Origin: Mytilus edulis
Taxonomy: Eukaryota
Reading direction: 5' to 3'
NCBI RefSeq assembly: GCF_963676685.1
Contig: NC_092346.1
Location: 36,022,001 to 36,086,000 of the forward strand
DNA: 64,000 nt
This document shows, piece after piece, positions 10,781-23,789 of the stretch; the first letter of the stretch is position 1; every line of letters begins with the position of its first letter. The notes beneath the pieces were generated by a model, which searched no databases, was not told the origin of the DNA, and was given only the letters and a program-made list of their open reading frames with translations. The position numbers and the translations under genes are program-made.

Positions 10781-13700
10781 ATGAATCCTCAGTACATCAG
10801 ACTATGTTAAGGTTTTTAAATTTACATGTATTTTTACACAGAATAATGTAAATATAAACAGTAATTATGTGATACTGTAAATTCAGATATTATTGCATTG
10901 CACTTTTTGTGATTGTTGAATCAAATGACAAAAATGAAAGACTGATTATTGTGATAACAAGAAGTGCTGCATACAATAACACTACCAAAAAATTGAAGGA
11001 TGATTTTTTATGTTTGCACAACATATCCTGTGAAAGTATTAGCAATTATAAAAACGTCATCAAAATTTCTGAATTTACAGTTTAAATTTTTTTTTCTTCA
11101 TGAATTCAAGTTATGTATTGATGTCAAAAAGTGTTAGTGCATGTGAATGGCTTTTATTTTTTGTGTGAATGCAGCTTTGCAATTATTTGTTATTTGATTT
11201 TTGTTTATTTTTCCCTTTGTTTTCCTGTAAGTACATATAATAGAGAATGACGGTGAACTTGGTTAGGTCGCCTATATATAATATGTAAATAGCTAATGCA
11301 TGGCAGAATTACTGATCCGTGTGGCTAAAAATAACTTAATTGTTTATATTGTCAGTTTCATCCCTTGTAAAAGTTTCCTAATGAAAGGGTTAGTAGATAA
11401 AGAATATTTCCCAACTTATGATATGTAGGTATTAGCATTGAATCATATAATATACAGATATTCATTTCTTGAATCACATTTCTTTACTGCACAAATGTCT
11501 GGAATACAAATTCTAGATATCATTTTAATCATTTCTTAGCACTTTAACATGTCAGTCTGGTTTTGTTTGTTTACTCACTTAGAAAGCAGTGTTTTACTGA
11601 CCCCTGAAAACATTCTTCATGTAATTTTTCATTGCTTTTAATACACTTGCTTAATACTATAGCTTAGGCAATGAGCTAAAATATTTTACTAGTTGATAAG
11701 TTTGTATAAACAAATTTAAACTGCAATTGGGTAAAAGATTTTAGAAAATTGTAATTGCGAAAGATTTCTGTTGGTTAATTGGCTTTGGTAAACAGAAGTT
11801 TTAAGTCTACCGGTACTTTTAATAATTTACTAGGTGATCTGATAATATGACCTTTTAACCCTGAAGGATATTTTTGACGATGAAAAGGGTTATATTAACT
11901 TATGTTTGTCTCGAGTGTATGTTGCATGCTTTAGATATATATCTTATGCTGGTTGTTGGATTAATTCGTTCCTAAATATTGTTATCTCAACTCTAGCTTG
12001 TTGTAGTTCTTAAGAGACTATGGTGAAGGGCATACAGTCTAGAGAAAGGTTGGGAAGGAAGGGAAAAGGGAGTGATTGAAACATTTTGTTTTACCTTAAT
12101 TAATGGATGAGGCAAATGAAGAAGAACTTTAAAACTGATACCAATTTTTACTATCCTGTCAATTGTTATTACAGATTTATCTCTCTTTCAACAAGCAATT
12201 TGTTTCATTCCCCCCCCCCCCCCCCCCCCCCATTTTTTGTGTTGTTTCTTTAAATAAACATTTCATTTGTTATACTTCATTATGCTTTTTAGAAGTTTTG
12301 CAATTTTTTTCTTTTTGAGAAAATAAAAAAAAAATGAAAAATACACAATTTCCCCAAAAATTGATCTACTTCCTAGATACACAACTCTTGAAAAACTATG
12401 CAAAAGGAAGTGTCTTCAAATCCTGAGATAGGGATTAGCTGCATTCTATTAGACAACTCTTTAGTTAGTTGCCAAGTACACGGAAGGACATTGATGCTAG
12501 TTCCACGTTCTTAACTCCATTCTGATCATACTAACTTACTCCATTAGCCTTTACCATTACCTTACCTACATTTTTGTACACAAACACTTCACTTATAAAA
12601 AAGAAGTACTGAGATGTGGTATGATTATTAAATGAGACAGCCTTCAACCAAATGATCTGGTTCAGGTTATTTTACAGTCTACTACTACAACAACGAGCAA
12701 AACCCATACTGTATACATGTTGTGAGCTATAAAAGGCCATAAGATAACAGAATGTAGATACAATGTTTGCTGAAGTCAATATTGTTGTAGTAATTATAAA
12801 TAGTTAGTTAGTATCTTCTCATGCTTGAAGCTAGTCTATGTTGTTCCATTGTGGTCAATGTGTTTTGTTGCTAGCAATAATCAGAACATATTATCCCATT
12901 GCATAACTATCAGTTGTTAGATGTCTTAGACCATGTAGAATCCTATCCAAGTAGTCTATTTGTGACTTTCCTTGATTAACTTACAGTCTCAAAATTGTAC
13001 AATTTTCCCTTTCATTATTTTCATCTACAACAGTCAGCTGGATTGGATGATGAGGTTGGTAAATAGACTCTGTTTCTTTTATTGCTGGCTTGCCCAATAC
13101 TTAGGAATCATGGTTTTCTGTAGTCTCTAGGTCTTTTCATTTGGGATATTTCTACTATTATCAATTCAATCAGGGTTTCTTCTATTGCATGGCATGATCA
13201 TTTATACATGTATCGACAACATGCAGTTACTATGAGATGCTATGCTCTTTGTCCATCATTATATTTAAAAAACTGGGGCAGATTCTGTTCTGCATTAGAA
13301 CCTATGGGTGTTCAATAATTTTATCTATTTGTCCGCATGATTGCAGTTTTAGATGTATTTATATACTGCTGTCCTCCCTTAAGAAATGAGATAAGTTATT
13401 ATAATATATGTTTAAATACTTTTCAGCATTTTTTTAACGTTTTTTTCAGGACTTTGATAAATATTGCTTAACTGTTTTTTATCTTACATACATGTAGATT
13501 TTGTCCAGGTTCAAATACTACAGTAAATTAGGATCTCTTTTGATGAGTGAGGTATTTTGATGACATTCCCTTTTGCACAAAATATCATTATGATCCATTA
13601 CTGCAGTCATTCACATCTTATTCCAATATTTATTACCCAGAATTCTAAATCCCCCCATGATGCAAATCACATTACATCCTCATAAAGGCACAGTGAATTT

Positions 13701-14350
13701 GGAATTTATCAAATATCATTTTTTTTCATCAAGATTTATGATACAAATATATGACAAATATTATCCTTATTAAGTTTAGTTATAGACATCCTTTGCATAA
13801 ATTTTGATTTGGTCCTGAATCAATAGTAATTGCTGAATAGTATTTTACTGTATGAAAACTTGTACTTTTTTAATAATTTCCCTGCACCGGGCATTTTGGG
13901 GAAGAGGTAAATCATCAGATTTTGCATTTGATAATTCCTTCCTAGTACCAATTTTTATTTGCCTAAAAAGAGAAAAAATAAATAAAAGCTTAGCCATAAA
14001 AATATTCTGATATATTATAAATTTATCTATTATAATGTAAATGAAAGACCTAATTTGATTCATTAATCATTGGTTACTTGATACTATGAGTGTTTGTGCC
14101 TCTTTTCTTTAAATCAGAACTAATTCTGTATCTTTTTATTTCTTAAATTTATGTTATGTTATGAAAATCCTCTTTATTTACTCTGCTTAAAATGACTAAA
14201 TTTAAAATCAGATTGAACTGCAACAAATAACTTTAAGAATTGATAGGGTATATTCATTTATTGAATTTATCTATTAACTTTAATAACACATAATTAGCAA
14301 CAACAATTTATGGTCTAAGATTGTTATGAAACTGATATTTACTATTTCAG

Positions 14351-14401
14351 CAATTTGGGGAGAGTGATGGTTTGACAACACCCCCAGAGACCAATGAAAA
14401 G
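14351..14401 (+). CDS. TMEM63: TMEM63 small cytoplasmic-tail exon (QFGESDGLTTPPETNEK)
   Basis: TATTTCAG acceptor, 51 nt, phase 0-0, donor GTATGC, GC-richer than flanks, frame-compatible with both neighbouring exons. Confidence 0.7.
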
Positions 14402-14416
14402 GTATGCTATGTTATA

Positions 14417-14722
14417 AATAATTTAATTTTGGATGTAATGCGTCTTCTGATTGGCTGACGTTATTTTGTTATCAGATCATAGACATAATTTAGTCATGTG
14501 ACTGTGACGTCATCAACATTTTTTCATGGTTTTCTATGGTTTGAAATGGAATTTAGAATTAAATTATAAGAAATGACTGTAATATTTTTTCTGTCTATTC
14601 GAAATACCATAAAAAATGTGGTGCACACTGTTAAATAACCCGCTAAGCGCGTTATTCAGTGTGCACCAAATTTTTTATGTTACTTCTTCATAGACAGAAA
14701 AAATATTACAGTCATTCCGTAA
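14417..14722 (+). mobile_element. ~305-bp dispersed repeat ending in a ~155-bp imperfect palindrome
   Basis: Arms 14567-14630 and 14657-14721 are inverted. A second copy lies in reverse orientation at 35351-35657. Confidence 0.75.
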
Positions 14723-15165
14723 GTAATCTGTAAAAGAATTATAGTATGTATTCTCTTGTGGGAAATTTTCTGAATTGTGACAAATTACTAGAAATAAAAT
14801 AAATTATTTTTGTGTCATGTGGGAGTTTATGATATTTTACAAATGAATAACAAATGAAGAATGTAGAAATGTTTTTGTCTGATAAAAGGAAAATGATTGA
14901 TATCATTAGCTCATTTTATTCAGTCAGTATGAGGTAAAGGAGATGAAATGATTGCCAATAAGACAACTATTCGCCAGAGTCCAAATGTGTGCATGAAAGC
15001 AACAATAGGTTATCACATAGCCTTCAACTACTGGTTTAAGAAATCAGTTGACTTCATGCACTACTTTAAATAATTTATCTTCTAATCATATCATAAATGT
15101 TATTATATCATTTTCTATGTAATGTATTGTAACAACATTAAATTTAATGACAATAATGTTTTATA

Positions 15166-15753
15166 GGGCATATGATACAGTTACAGGGGAGGTAATGACG
15201 TTGCTAACGTAAAATGTTATTTTCGCGACGTCAAACTGTGACATATAGGGAAAAGATGCATTTTTCGACTGATTTTTCTCATTCAAACTGATTTAATTTG
15301 AAAACAAGTGCATAGACCCCTATTTTTTAAAACGACATTTTGTTTCATTTTGCAGGGAGATTATGTGGACCAAATTTTAAAAACTGTAAATAGTGCAATT
15401 TTTTTTAAATTTTTTCAATTCATGACCAATTGTTAAATATGAGTTATTTCTGAATGAAAAAATGCATAAATTTTTGAATATTTATAAAATACAGGAATTA
15501 CAAATTATTTAACAAAAAACAATTTGTGTTTATCTTTTAAAACAAAAAAGTTATGTCTTTCTTTAGAAAGGAAAAATATGGCCACAAATCCGAATTTTGA
15601 GCAAATATAAAAAATTTCGCCCTCATTTAACTCAAAAAGTAGCACATGAAGGTATATTTTTTATTACATATTTGATTTAATCAGGCAAAAAATAGCCTAC
15701 ATGGAAATGTTCATTAAACTGTAAATACAGGATCAAAACTGTATCGTATGCCC
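15166..15753. mobile_element. TIR MITE, Kolobok-like (GGG termini, TTAA-type flank)
   Basis: TIR GGGCATAYGATACAGTT...AACTGTATCGTATGCCC|TTAA. A second partial copy at 49134-49890 starts TTAA|GGGCATACG. Confidence 0.7.
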
Positions 15754-16029
15754 TTAAGATTGACGGATAATAGATGCCTTTGATTTTGATTTTTTGGTCT
15801 TAAACAGTTTGAATAAAGGCAATTTTCACCTATTGTGCACTAACTCCATCGTGACCAAATTGGTATCCTGAAAACTATACATTATTGTTGGGATTGAATA
15901 AAAGGAAGCTCTCTTTCCATTTTTTTTTCTGTTCCAGAGTTACAGCACAACTTTTTGAAATTTTGGATCCTCAATGCTCTTCAATTTTGTAATTGTTTGG
16001 CTTTTTTTTTTTTAAATATTTTGATATGA

Positions 16030-16073
16030 GTGTCACTGATGAGTCTTATGTAGACGAAACGTGCGTCTGGCAT
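16030..16073 (+). ncRNA. Minimal type I hammerhead ribozyme within a Penelope/retrozyme-like repeat (~15945-16110)
   Basis: Stem I GTGTCA/TGGCAT, core CTGATGA, stem II GTCT-TATGT-AGAC, GAAA, minimal stem III C-GTGC-G, GTC cleavage triplet ending at 16067. Confidence 0.8.
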
Positions 16074-17356
16074 ACTAAATTATAATCCTGGTACCTTTGA
16101 TAACTATTTACAGGACTTGAACATGTTTTAAAAACAGCCTGAATTAGGCCAATTTTTCACATTTTAAACATTAACTACAGTATGCCTGGATTGGATTTCT
16201 TAAAAACTTTACATTATTGTTGGGATTGATAAAAGAAAGCTCCTTTCAATTTCTCAAATCTTGTATTTTCATCTCCAGAGTTACAGGACTTTTATTGTCA
16301 GCTTTAACTTATTTTTTCATATGCTGTATCAAAATGTAAGTTTGCTTGCATTGATTTACTGACAACTTTACATAATTGTTGATTAGGATTGGTGAAATAT
16401 AATACACCATTTGATTTGAAACAGTTCTGATATGTCATTCCAGAGTTATGGTACTTTGACTGTCAGATAAATGAAAGGTATTTTTTTAAAAGTCATGCTT
16501 ATGCTTTGATCAAATGACCATAAATGTAAAACTGTTTGTATTGTTTGGCATTGGTTGGGATTGGTGAATATACTCTTGATTTTGCTATTTTCTGGTTTGT
16601 CATTCCAGAGTTAAGTGACTTTATAAGTCATAATTGACACAGTTATATGTCTAAGTGTATCCTGATGTAAGTTTTTCTACAGAGCACTTGTGGTTACTAT
16701 TGATAAAATGCATGCTAAATATCCCATTTTACTTAAGGGAACATTTCAATATGCAATGACAGTAGCATAATAAGGTTGTTTCATGTTCTCCTGATGTAGC
16801 TGTTTATTTAAAGAGGTCTTTGATACCTCAATTTTGCTAATGCACTGACAAACCAAATATAAGTCCTTAGAACCTATTCATAACTGCAAGTAAAAAGAAT
16901 TTCATTGTTATAAATCTGAACCCAAACTATAAACAATGAAATTGGGTTAGTGTTCTGATTTGGTTCTATAGATTTTGTGTCATATTTTGGTGACTTCGGT
17001 TTTTTTTTAAAATTAGTGCCTTTGGTAATGGACATGGCTGTGATTTTATTTTCTAGATTTTCTTATTTTTCTTTATTGAGAAGTAGGTCCAACTTTGACA
17101 TTTTGATGAAGAATAAATGTTTGCAAACCATTCGCATAGATTATTTGGTTACCAAGTCATGAATATGGCAGTTGTTTTTCACTTTTTCCATTGACTCAGA
17201 TAGCTTATTATTGTCAGTTTTTATGAACCTCCCTATTTTGAATTTCCCTTGGAGTTTGGTATTTTTGTCATACTTTTTTACTTATTATTATTTATTGTAC
17301 TAAATTAATTGTAATACCTCTAATTATGACTATCAATTTCAATTTTACTTTTTCAG

Positions 17357-17503
17357 CCATTTATAGCCAGTGTTCTACTAAACAGGAATAGTACAGATGA
17401 AAGTGTGCAAGTATCAACCAGTTCTGAACCAGTAGGGGTACAAGGCAAGACCAACTATGGGTCTGTTAATGAAAAACACACACATGATCCTTATGAACCA
17501 TAA
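17357..17503 (+). CDS. TMEM63: TMEM63 terminal coding exon
   Basis: TTTTACTTTTTCAG acceptor, phase 0. Translates PFIASVLLNRNSTDESVQVSTSSEPVGVQGKTNYGSVNEKHTHDPYEP*. FIASVL resembles the YIAQVL motif of the TMEM63B tail. Confidence 0.8.
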   Translation, partial: PFIASVLLNRNSTDESVQVSTSSEPVGVQGKTNYGSVNEKHTHDPYEP

Positions 17504-20500
17504 CTTTGACAGTATGTGAACCTGTACTGTTAAAAGATCAAATTTAACTATGATTTACAATACAGTGCACAGAGTACACTTTCGCTCAGTTTTCTGAAGG
17601 AGGAAAACGTGAATTTAATTCAATAAGAATTGTTTAAATATTGTATTTGTGTATCTGATCATATTGCATCTTTTGCACTTCTGCAATACATTAGTTATAT
17701 AACCCTGTATACAATTACCAAGCAGATCAAATGGAATATTGTGTGAACTGGGACAGCAATTGTGAATATTTATTTATTCAATAATTGAACGTAAACATTT
17801 TGCTAATTGAAATGGTGTAGTTTAAATGTACTGACAGGACTGAAGAAAAAGTTAGACAGAGTAATGAAAAATATAATAAATCAATGCAGGAAAGATAAAT
17901 TGAAGTACAGAAAAGCAAAAAAAATTTGCATACTTTTGTTGAATGGACTGAAGACTTATTTATTGCTTTAATTTTTAAATTATATATAATCAATGCATGC
18001 TAACATTCCTTAATTGGCTTGTTGGCAGTACCATTTGTAATATTTACTAGAAGAAAATGATTAATCATTTTTTTATTTATAAATTTTATATGCACAAGTT
18101 TAATACACTCATACTCCGAGTAGCTGTTCTGGACATTATTGGTTTGGAGAAAAGGCTTATTAACTTCAGAGTTTTACAGTACACAATATGTATTGTATCC
18201 CTTCTGTCACTGTGTTATATTCTTTATTTGATCTCCTTTGCAGCAACTAAATTAACTGTAGAAGGATTTCTGCAAATCAAACCCAATCTTTCAGAAACAA
18301 ACGTCAAATTTCTATCTAAAATGATTATTTTAGTATGAAATTTTCCTAAGACTAATAAAGATAATTATTTGGCCTATTTTCCATGGGTCAATTTTGTGAT
18401 AAATTTTCATATCAAACTTATCACTTGAAAAATTAAATCGCTAGAAACTAAGGACTTGTGCTATGATCAATGATAACAGCAACAATGTCATAGACAAAGT
18501 AGCTATAAACAGATTATCAATAGTGGTACAAATTCAAGATGCTTCTTTGCCACACCTCAGTAGCTAACAAACAGCTCTTCATTTGGAAAATCATTCAGGG
18601 GACTCCAAAAGAGGGGATGTGTTTATGAGATGGAGTTCAAAATTTTATGAAGTCCATTGTTGATGATCCATGATACCAAAACTACTGCATAATAGTATTA
18701 GAACTTTTTGTTATTTAATATACTTTTTGTTATAATTTGCAAATTCCTAGTCAACAGATGAAAGAAGTTTAATAATGGAGCATAATTCATTTTGAATGAC
18801 TAAGAAATTTAACCACAAGATGTTATAGTATGGAAGGTGTTACTTTGCTAGTAAATTCATATTCATAACAAATCGTAATTGAAATTTGCTTAAATTTGCA
18901 GTGCTTTTTATTAGACGCTTTTCATCATGTAGTTCCTAGTTAATAGCAGTGAATCATAATAAAATGATAGTATGTTTTAAATATAAAACAACAATACATT
19001 AAAAAAAAATGTTAATTTTTATGATCCTTTCCTGAAAGGCTGAATTTTCATATTGAAAGTGACATCAATTTATATCTAAATTGAATTACATCTCAGACTA
19101 AATTTATCTGTTTGATATTTACGTCTACTCTACATTTTCTTTCAATTCAGAAAGGATAGGCAACATTTCATTTTGTCAAAAAAAAATAAAGAGTTTTGAC
19201 ATTTTTTTCATTTTGAACCAATTTGACCTTCTCCTTTGTGTACTTAGCTGTGAAATCCTCAAAACCAAAAATAGATTTATATGCATTTTTTTTTAATTGT
19301 ATATATGATACATGTCATTTTTCTCAGTATTATCAGCCTTCTTCTTTCCTTTAGCTTATAAGAATTATATTCCTGAGATGTAGAATTAAGATTTTAAGAA
19401 CTTTGCTTTAAGATGTGATAGCTTTACTTTACTCAAGGGAACAAATGATAATGTTGTTTTCCTGTTTATTACTTTTTTGCACTAAATACTTGTAACAAGA
19501 ATTATAATATATATGCTATAACTTTAATAATGCACTTTAAAGATCAATAGATTGTCTATATAGCTGAAGAGTAAACCAGATTAATTTGTTTTATTATTGT
19601 CATATGGAATTTTTTCCTTAAAGATAAATATCTTATTATTATTCTGAAACACAGACAGAGAGACATTTGGTATTGAAAAATTGTTGAATACTCATGGATA
19701 TAAGAGGATGTTTTGACATATGGTCTGATAAGTAAATATAATTTGCAGTGTTCTGTATATAGATAGTTATTAATCAATGAATAAGAGGTCGTTGGAAGGT
19801 TATGAATGTGATCTATAATTCTTTAACATTCCATTTTATAGCTGCGTTTTTCTCATCCTATATTTAATGTCATTGATAAAGACAGGTTCCCTATATGTAA
19901 GGCCAAATCAAACCATATTTTTGTTTATGTATTTTCCCCTGACAATTTTATATGAATGTTTTTTAAAATAAAATAATGATTAAGTTTTATGTATTAGGTT
20001 CTGATTGACTAAATTATGCTTTATATTTTTTCTTAAAAATGTTTATGAAGCATTAAAAAATGAACCAACACTTTAAGTAGTGAAATTTTGGTAGGAAATC
20101 TCGTGATGCAAAAACCAAATAACTTCAACATTGGGAAAAACAGTGGACATTTTTTTGAAATACCGACTTTAGACAGTTATTTTTTTAATGAAAACTTGCT
20201 AGAGTTTACCACACATTATAAGAGCATAATTTTTTAATCTAAAAAATATAATGCTCCCTTTACTTTTCAAAACATAATTTGTCCTTGTCTCCTTTGTCTA
20301 TCAAATTTTTACTTAAAGCACAGATCTCATCACAGCATAGACAAGACTTATCAGTTCTGTTAGAACTAAGGAAAAGAAATTATTGGTAAAATGCAGAATG
20401 CACCATAACACCTAGTAATAAAAAATAACGGCTGCCCACATTGACCAATCAGGATTAACCACACTTTTGAGTAGTACCATTAGGACAGTACACTTACTGA

Positions 20501-21683
20501 GTGAAAAAATGTGTTTGTGATTTAAAACCAGTGTGAGGTTTATACCATTTTAGTAAACCCTTTCACAGTCCTGTAAAAGCTGTGAAAATTATCAAAAGAA
20601 AAATTTGAAATTTTTAATAATGTATCACTAATCAGATTTCAACGAAAACACCTTTTAAAAATGTATTCTGAAGTTTTTGTTTATCAATCGGAAACGTTTT
20701 TTGACTTCCAAAGTAAATAGAACTGGAAACTAGTATATGTCCTGAGTAGCCTTCAGATTTCTAAGCTTCTAAATAAAGTAATTGATCTGTCAGTTATCTC
20801 GAAATGACCAGATTCATCACTGACATGTTAATGGAACTAACCCTTGAATATCAAGTCTCTTGGTCAGTAAATAATTAAAGTGTATGTGCAATAACGGTGA
20901 TTTTATGGTGGATAATTAAGTTCTGTTTATCTGTCTGGATTTCCTCTTTTTCTTTCAAATTAAATCTTATAGTGCAAAGAGGTTTTTAGTGTTTTAATGT
21001 GATATACTATTATTTGCAATAATATGATCAGATCTTTAACTTTTGTTGTACAGTTGAATATAAAAAAGTTATTGTAAAAAAAAAGTGTCCAATTAATTTA
21101 ATGCTATATAATCCAAATAATAAACACTTTTGAACTAGGAAAAGGATGCAAATCTGAATTTAAATTTAAATCAAATGGTGTTGCTATGGACTTGTGGTTA
21201 CGGACTTTCCGATTAGATTTTTCTCTGAGTTCAGTATTTTTGTGATTTTACTTTTTACCTAGACATGAAACTACAACTGATATAATTTCAAATCCCGTGT
21301 ATACATACCTTCTTATTTGTGCAAAAGTTTTAATTATTTTGAAAGACTTCTTGTTTTTTTGTATAACTTCCAAGTGAAAAAAAGTTTCTTTTATTTCTGA
21401 CTTTGTCATTTTAAAGAGGGGGTATTTTTTTAATCTATTTAGAAAGTAATACCAGTGATTTGTTTTCTGGTATTGAGTATGTTCTTATGCATTTTACTGC
21501 TGATATAAAAATGATTAATTTCAGACTTAAAACTTCTTCTGAAATTCAGAAACAATAAGGAGTATCAGGGTATTTCAAATTCAGACAAAACCTAACTTAA
21601 TTCTTACTTTTTATAGTGTTTACTTATATGAGTATTAATATGTAGATATATGAATTAAGTAGTAATCAAAATAGTTGTTGTTA

Positions 21684-21684
<1 letters not shown>

Positions 21685-21714
<30 letters not shown>
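21685..21714. repeat. (TA)15 microsatellite next to the DIRS terminus
   Basis: Directly visible. Confidence 0.95.
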
Positions 21715-21717
<3 letters not shown>

Positions 21718-21722
21718 TATGA

Positions 21723-21826
21723 TTATGTTCTAATTCGCCAAGCTTAACCGAACATAAATTATTTAGTCAATAAAACTCAACACATGTATACAATAGGAAT
21801 GAGCTCTCCTTGTGAGTAGCACACTT
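21723..21826 (-). repeat. Split direct repeat B2 (3' terminus)
   Basis: Identical by eye to 22365-22468. Confidence 0.95.
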
Positions 21827-22092
21827 AAACTTTATTTTTCTTCAAACAACAAACCATTTCATATATATTCATATTTCAATTGTCATTCAAACATCCATCT
21901 GCATCAAATTACTCCTAGTAAATCACACAATTTTCTCAATATAACAAAACACCGTATCGGGACTCCATCCCACTAAAAATCAAAATCAACAACAATCTAC
22001 AAAACACAATAAATACATTATTATTACAATATATCTTGTCACATCATTACTGTCTAACTTAAATCTATCAAGATGGGTGGGGTGGGTGGGGG

Positions 22093-22368
22093 ATGTGTAT
22101 AACGAAACGGAAGGTATGCTACTCTGTAAAGGCAGAACTTCGAATAACTGGTTATAAAAATATCTTATATTTATAATGAGATTCTGCACGATAATCACGA
22201 TCCTACCCTCGTACAAACGGGTAGAATACCTGCATTGCGACATACAATAGCCAATCAAATCATACAATAACAAACCAGGTATGCAACCATGTGCTCATCA
22301 ACACGTGTTGAACATAAACAAACACAAACAAGTCATGTGCTTCCGATACTATTAATAAATATATTTAT
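22093..22368 (-). repeat. Split direct repeat A2 (internal)
   Basis: Matches 26549-26824 with 4 substitutions seen. Confidence 0.95.
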
Positions 22369-22468
22369 GTTCTAATTCGCCAAGCTTAACCGAACATAAA
22401 TTATTTAGTCAATAAAACTCAACACATGTATACAATAGGAATGAGCTCTCCTTGTGAGTAGCACACTT
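22365..22468 (-). repeat. Split direct repeat B1 (internal, abuts A2)
   Basis: Matches 21723-21826 and shares TTAT with A2. Confidence 0.95.
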
Positions 22469-22508
22469 TCGAAATGACAAAGTAGATAAGAAAAAACTGG
22501 TATGAAAA

Positions 22509-23549
22509 TTACAAGCCAAGATTCTTAGTAACGAGTAGTTTTTCAGAAATATTTTCACGCACATATCCGTCTTTTGCTGTATCTGAAGACCATCTACCGT
22601 GTTTCTTAAATATTCTATCTTGAATACCAGCAGCAGCCGCAGCTGTTGCTCCACCTGCTCTTAAACTATGCAAACCAAATTTTGATTTGTCTAATCCCAA
22701 AGATTCTAAAGCCTCTAACAGTACTTCTCTGGCTCTTGTATAAGACAAAGGCGCATGACCCCTTAGCACGTACGTGTTAGTCTTTTTACGATATAAAACT
22801 GATCTATATATGAATTCTACAGAATCGTGTTTAATGTTCGCTTGGTTCAAGTATGTCTCTAACATTTGGACTGGACAGGTAACCGAATATGTTTTGGAAA
22901 TAAAAACATGAGTTCCTGCTCTTTGTTGGTCCGTTTTGCTTTTTTCGATGAATAAAGACATATATAATGAATGAAATGAAACATCTGACCTTTTTAAATT
23001 AACTAATTCTGAAAATCTTAAAAATCCGACATAGCTAACGAGACACATACATGCTATTCTTCTATGATTTAAAGTACTATTTGTATTGCCGTATTTCAAA
23101 ACCAGTTGATTAAGAATATGAGGAGTTATTGGTTCCTTCTTGTTTACAATGTGATGACCGATTGACCTTTGTGTACCTTCTTTTACGGAAGTACAAAGAA
23201 AAGAATCACAAGGATTTACATATCCAGCTAATTTGTGTGTCCATTGAATGGCATAATATGCTTCATCTATCTTTGCAGAAGAATTATAATTTTTTCGTAA
23301 GTGAATCAAATATAATGAGACATTGTAATCTGATGCCGGTAAAGGCTTTATATTAAATAAATTACACCATTTACAAAAGCTATTAAATGCATACCTGTAT
23401 TTCTTTCTAGTATTATCAGCTCTAGAATTTAAACAATAATCTGGAAGACATTTTGCAAGATTGCTAAGAGCTTCATTCTGTGGTATTTTATCCTTAGACC
23501 AACGACCAGTACTAAAAACATCTGCAAAACGTATAAATAAAATAAACAA
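22509..23549 (-). CDS. DIRS tyrosine recombinase
   Basis: N-terminal core-binding region, then catalytic motifs GFLRFSEL, KSKTDQ, GLHSLRAGGAT, KHGRW and DGYV. The ORF lacks an ATG at its start, so the true 5' end is probably spliced at 23521. Confidence 0.95.
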   Translation of the reverse strand: MFILFIRFADVFSTGRWSKDKIPQNEALSNLAKCLPDYCLNSRADNTRKKYRYAFNSFCKWCNLFNIKPLPASDYNVSLYLIHLRKNYNSSAKIDEAYYAIQWTHKLAGYVNPCDSFLCTSVKEGTQRSIGHHIVNKKEPITPHILNQLVLKYGNTNSTLNHRRIACMCLVSYVGFLRFSELVNLKRSDVSFHSLYMSLFIEKSKTDQQRAGTHVFISKTYSVTCPVQMLETYLNQANIKHDSVEFIYRSVLYRKKTNTYVLRGHAPLSYTRAREVLLEALESLGLDKSKFGLHSLRAGGATAAAAAGIQDRIFKKHGRWSSDTAKDGYVRENISEKLLVTKNLGL

Positions 23550-23563
23550 ATAATAATATTATA

Positions 23564-23601
<38 letters not shown>

Positions 23602-23789
23602 TATCTCATATACATCGTACTATTCACTAGACCTTGCTATATCAACATATATAGCCGTGTCATACATCTTACTACATGTATTCTTGCTATATCAACATAC
23701 ATAGCCGTGTCAGAACCAAATTTGCAATACAATGCAAATTTCACATATTGTAAACAATTAACAATATGTACAAATAAACTCGAACATCA

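Noticed and set aside
12210-12231. Poly-C tract (similar runs at ~56515, ~59369 and poly-G at ~62879)
   Set aside because: Simple homopolymers, some belonging to MITE interiors, with no further structure.
17504-21700. TMEM63 3' UTR end and polyadenylation site
   Set aside because: Several AATAAA motifs occur in AT-rich sequence and cannot be chosen between without transcript data.
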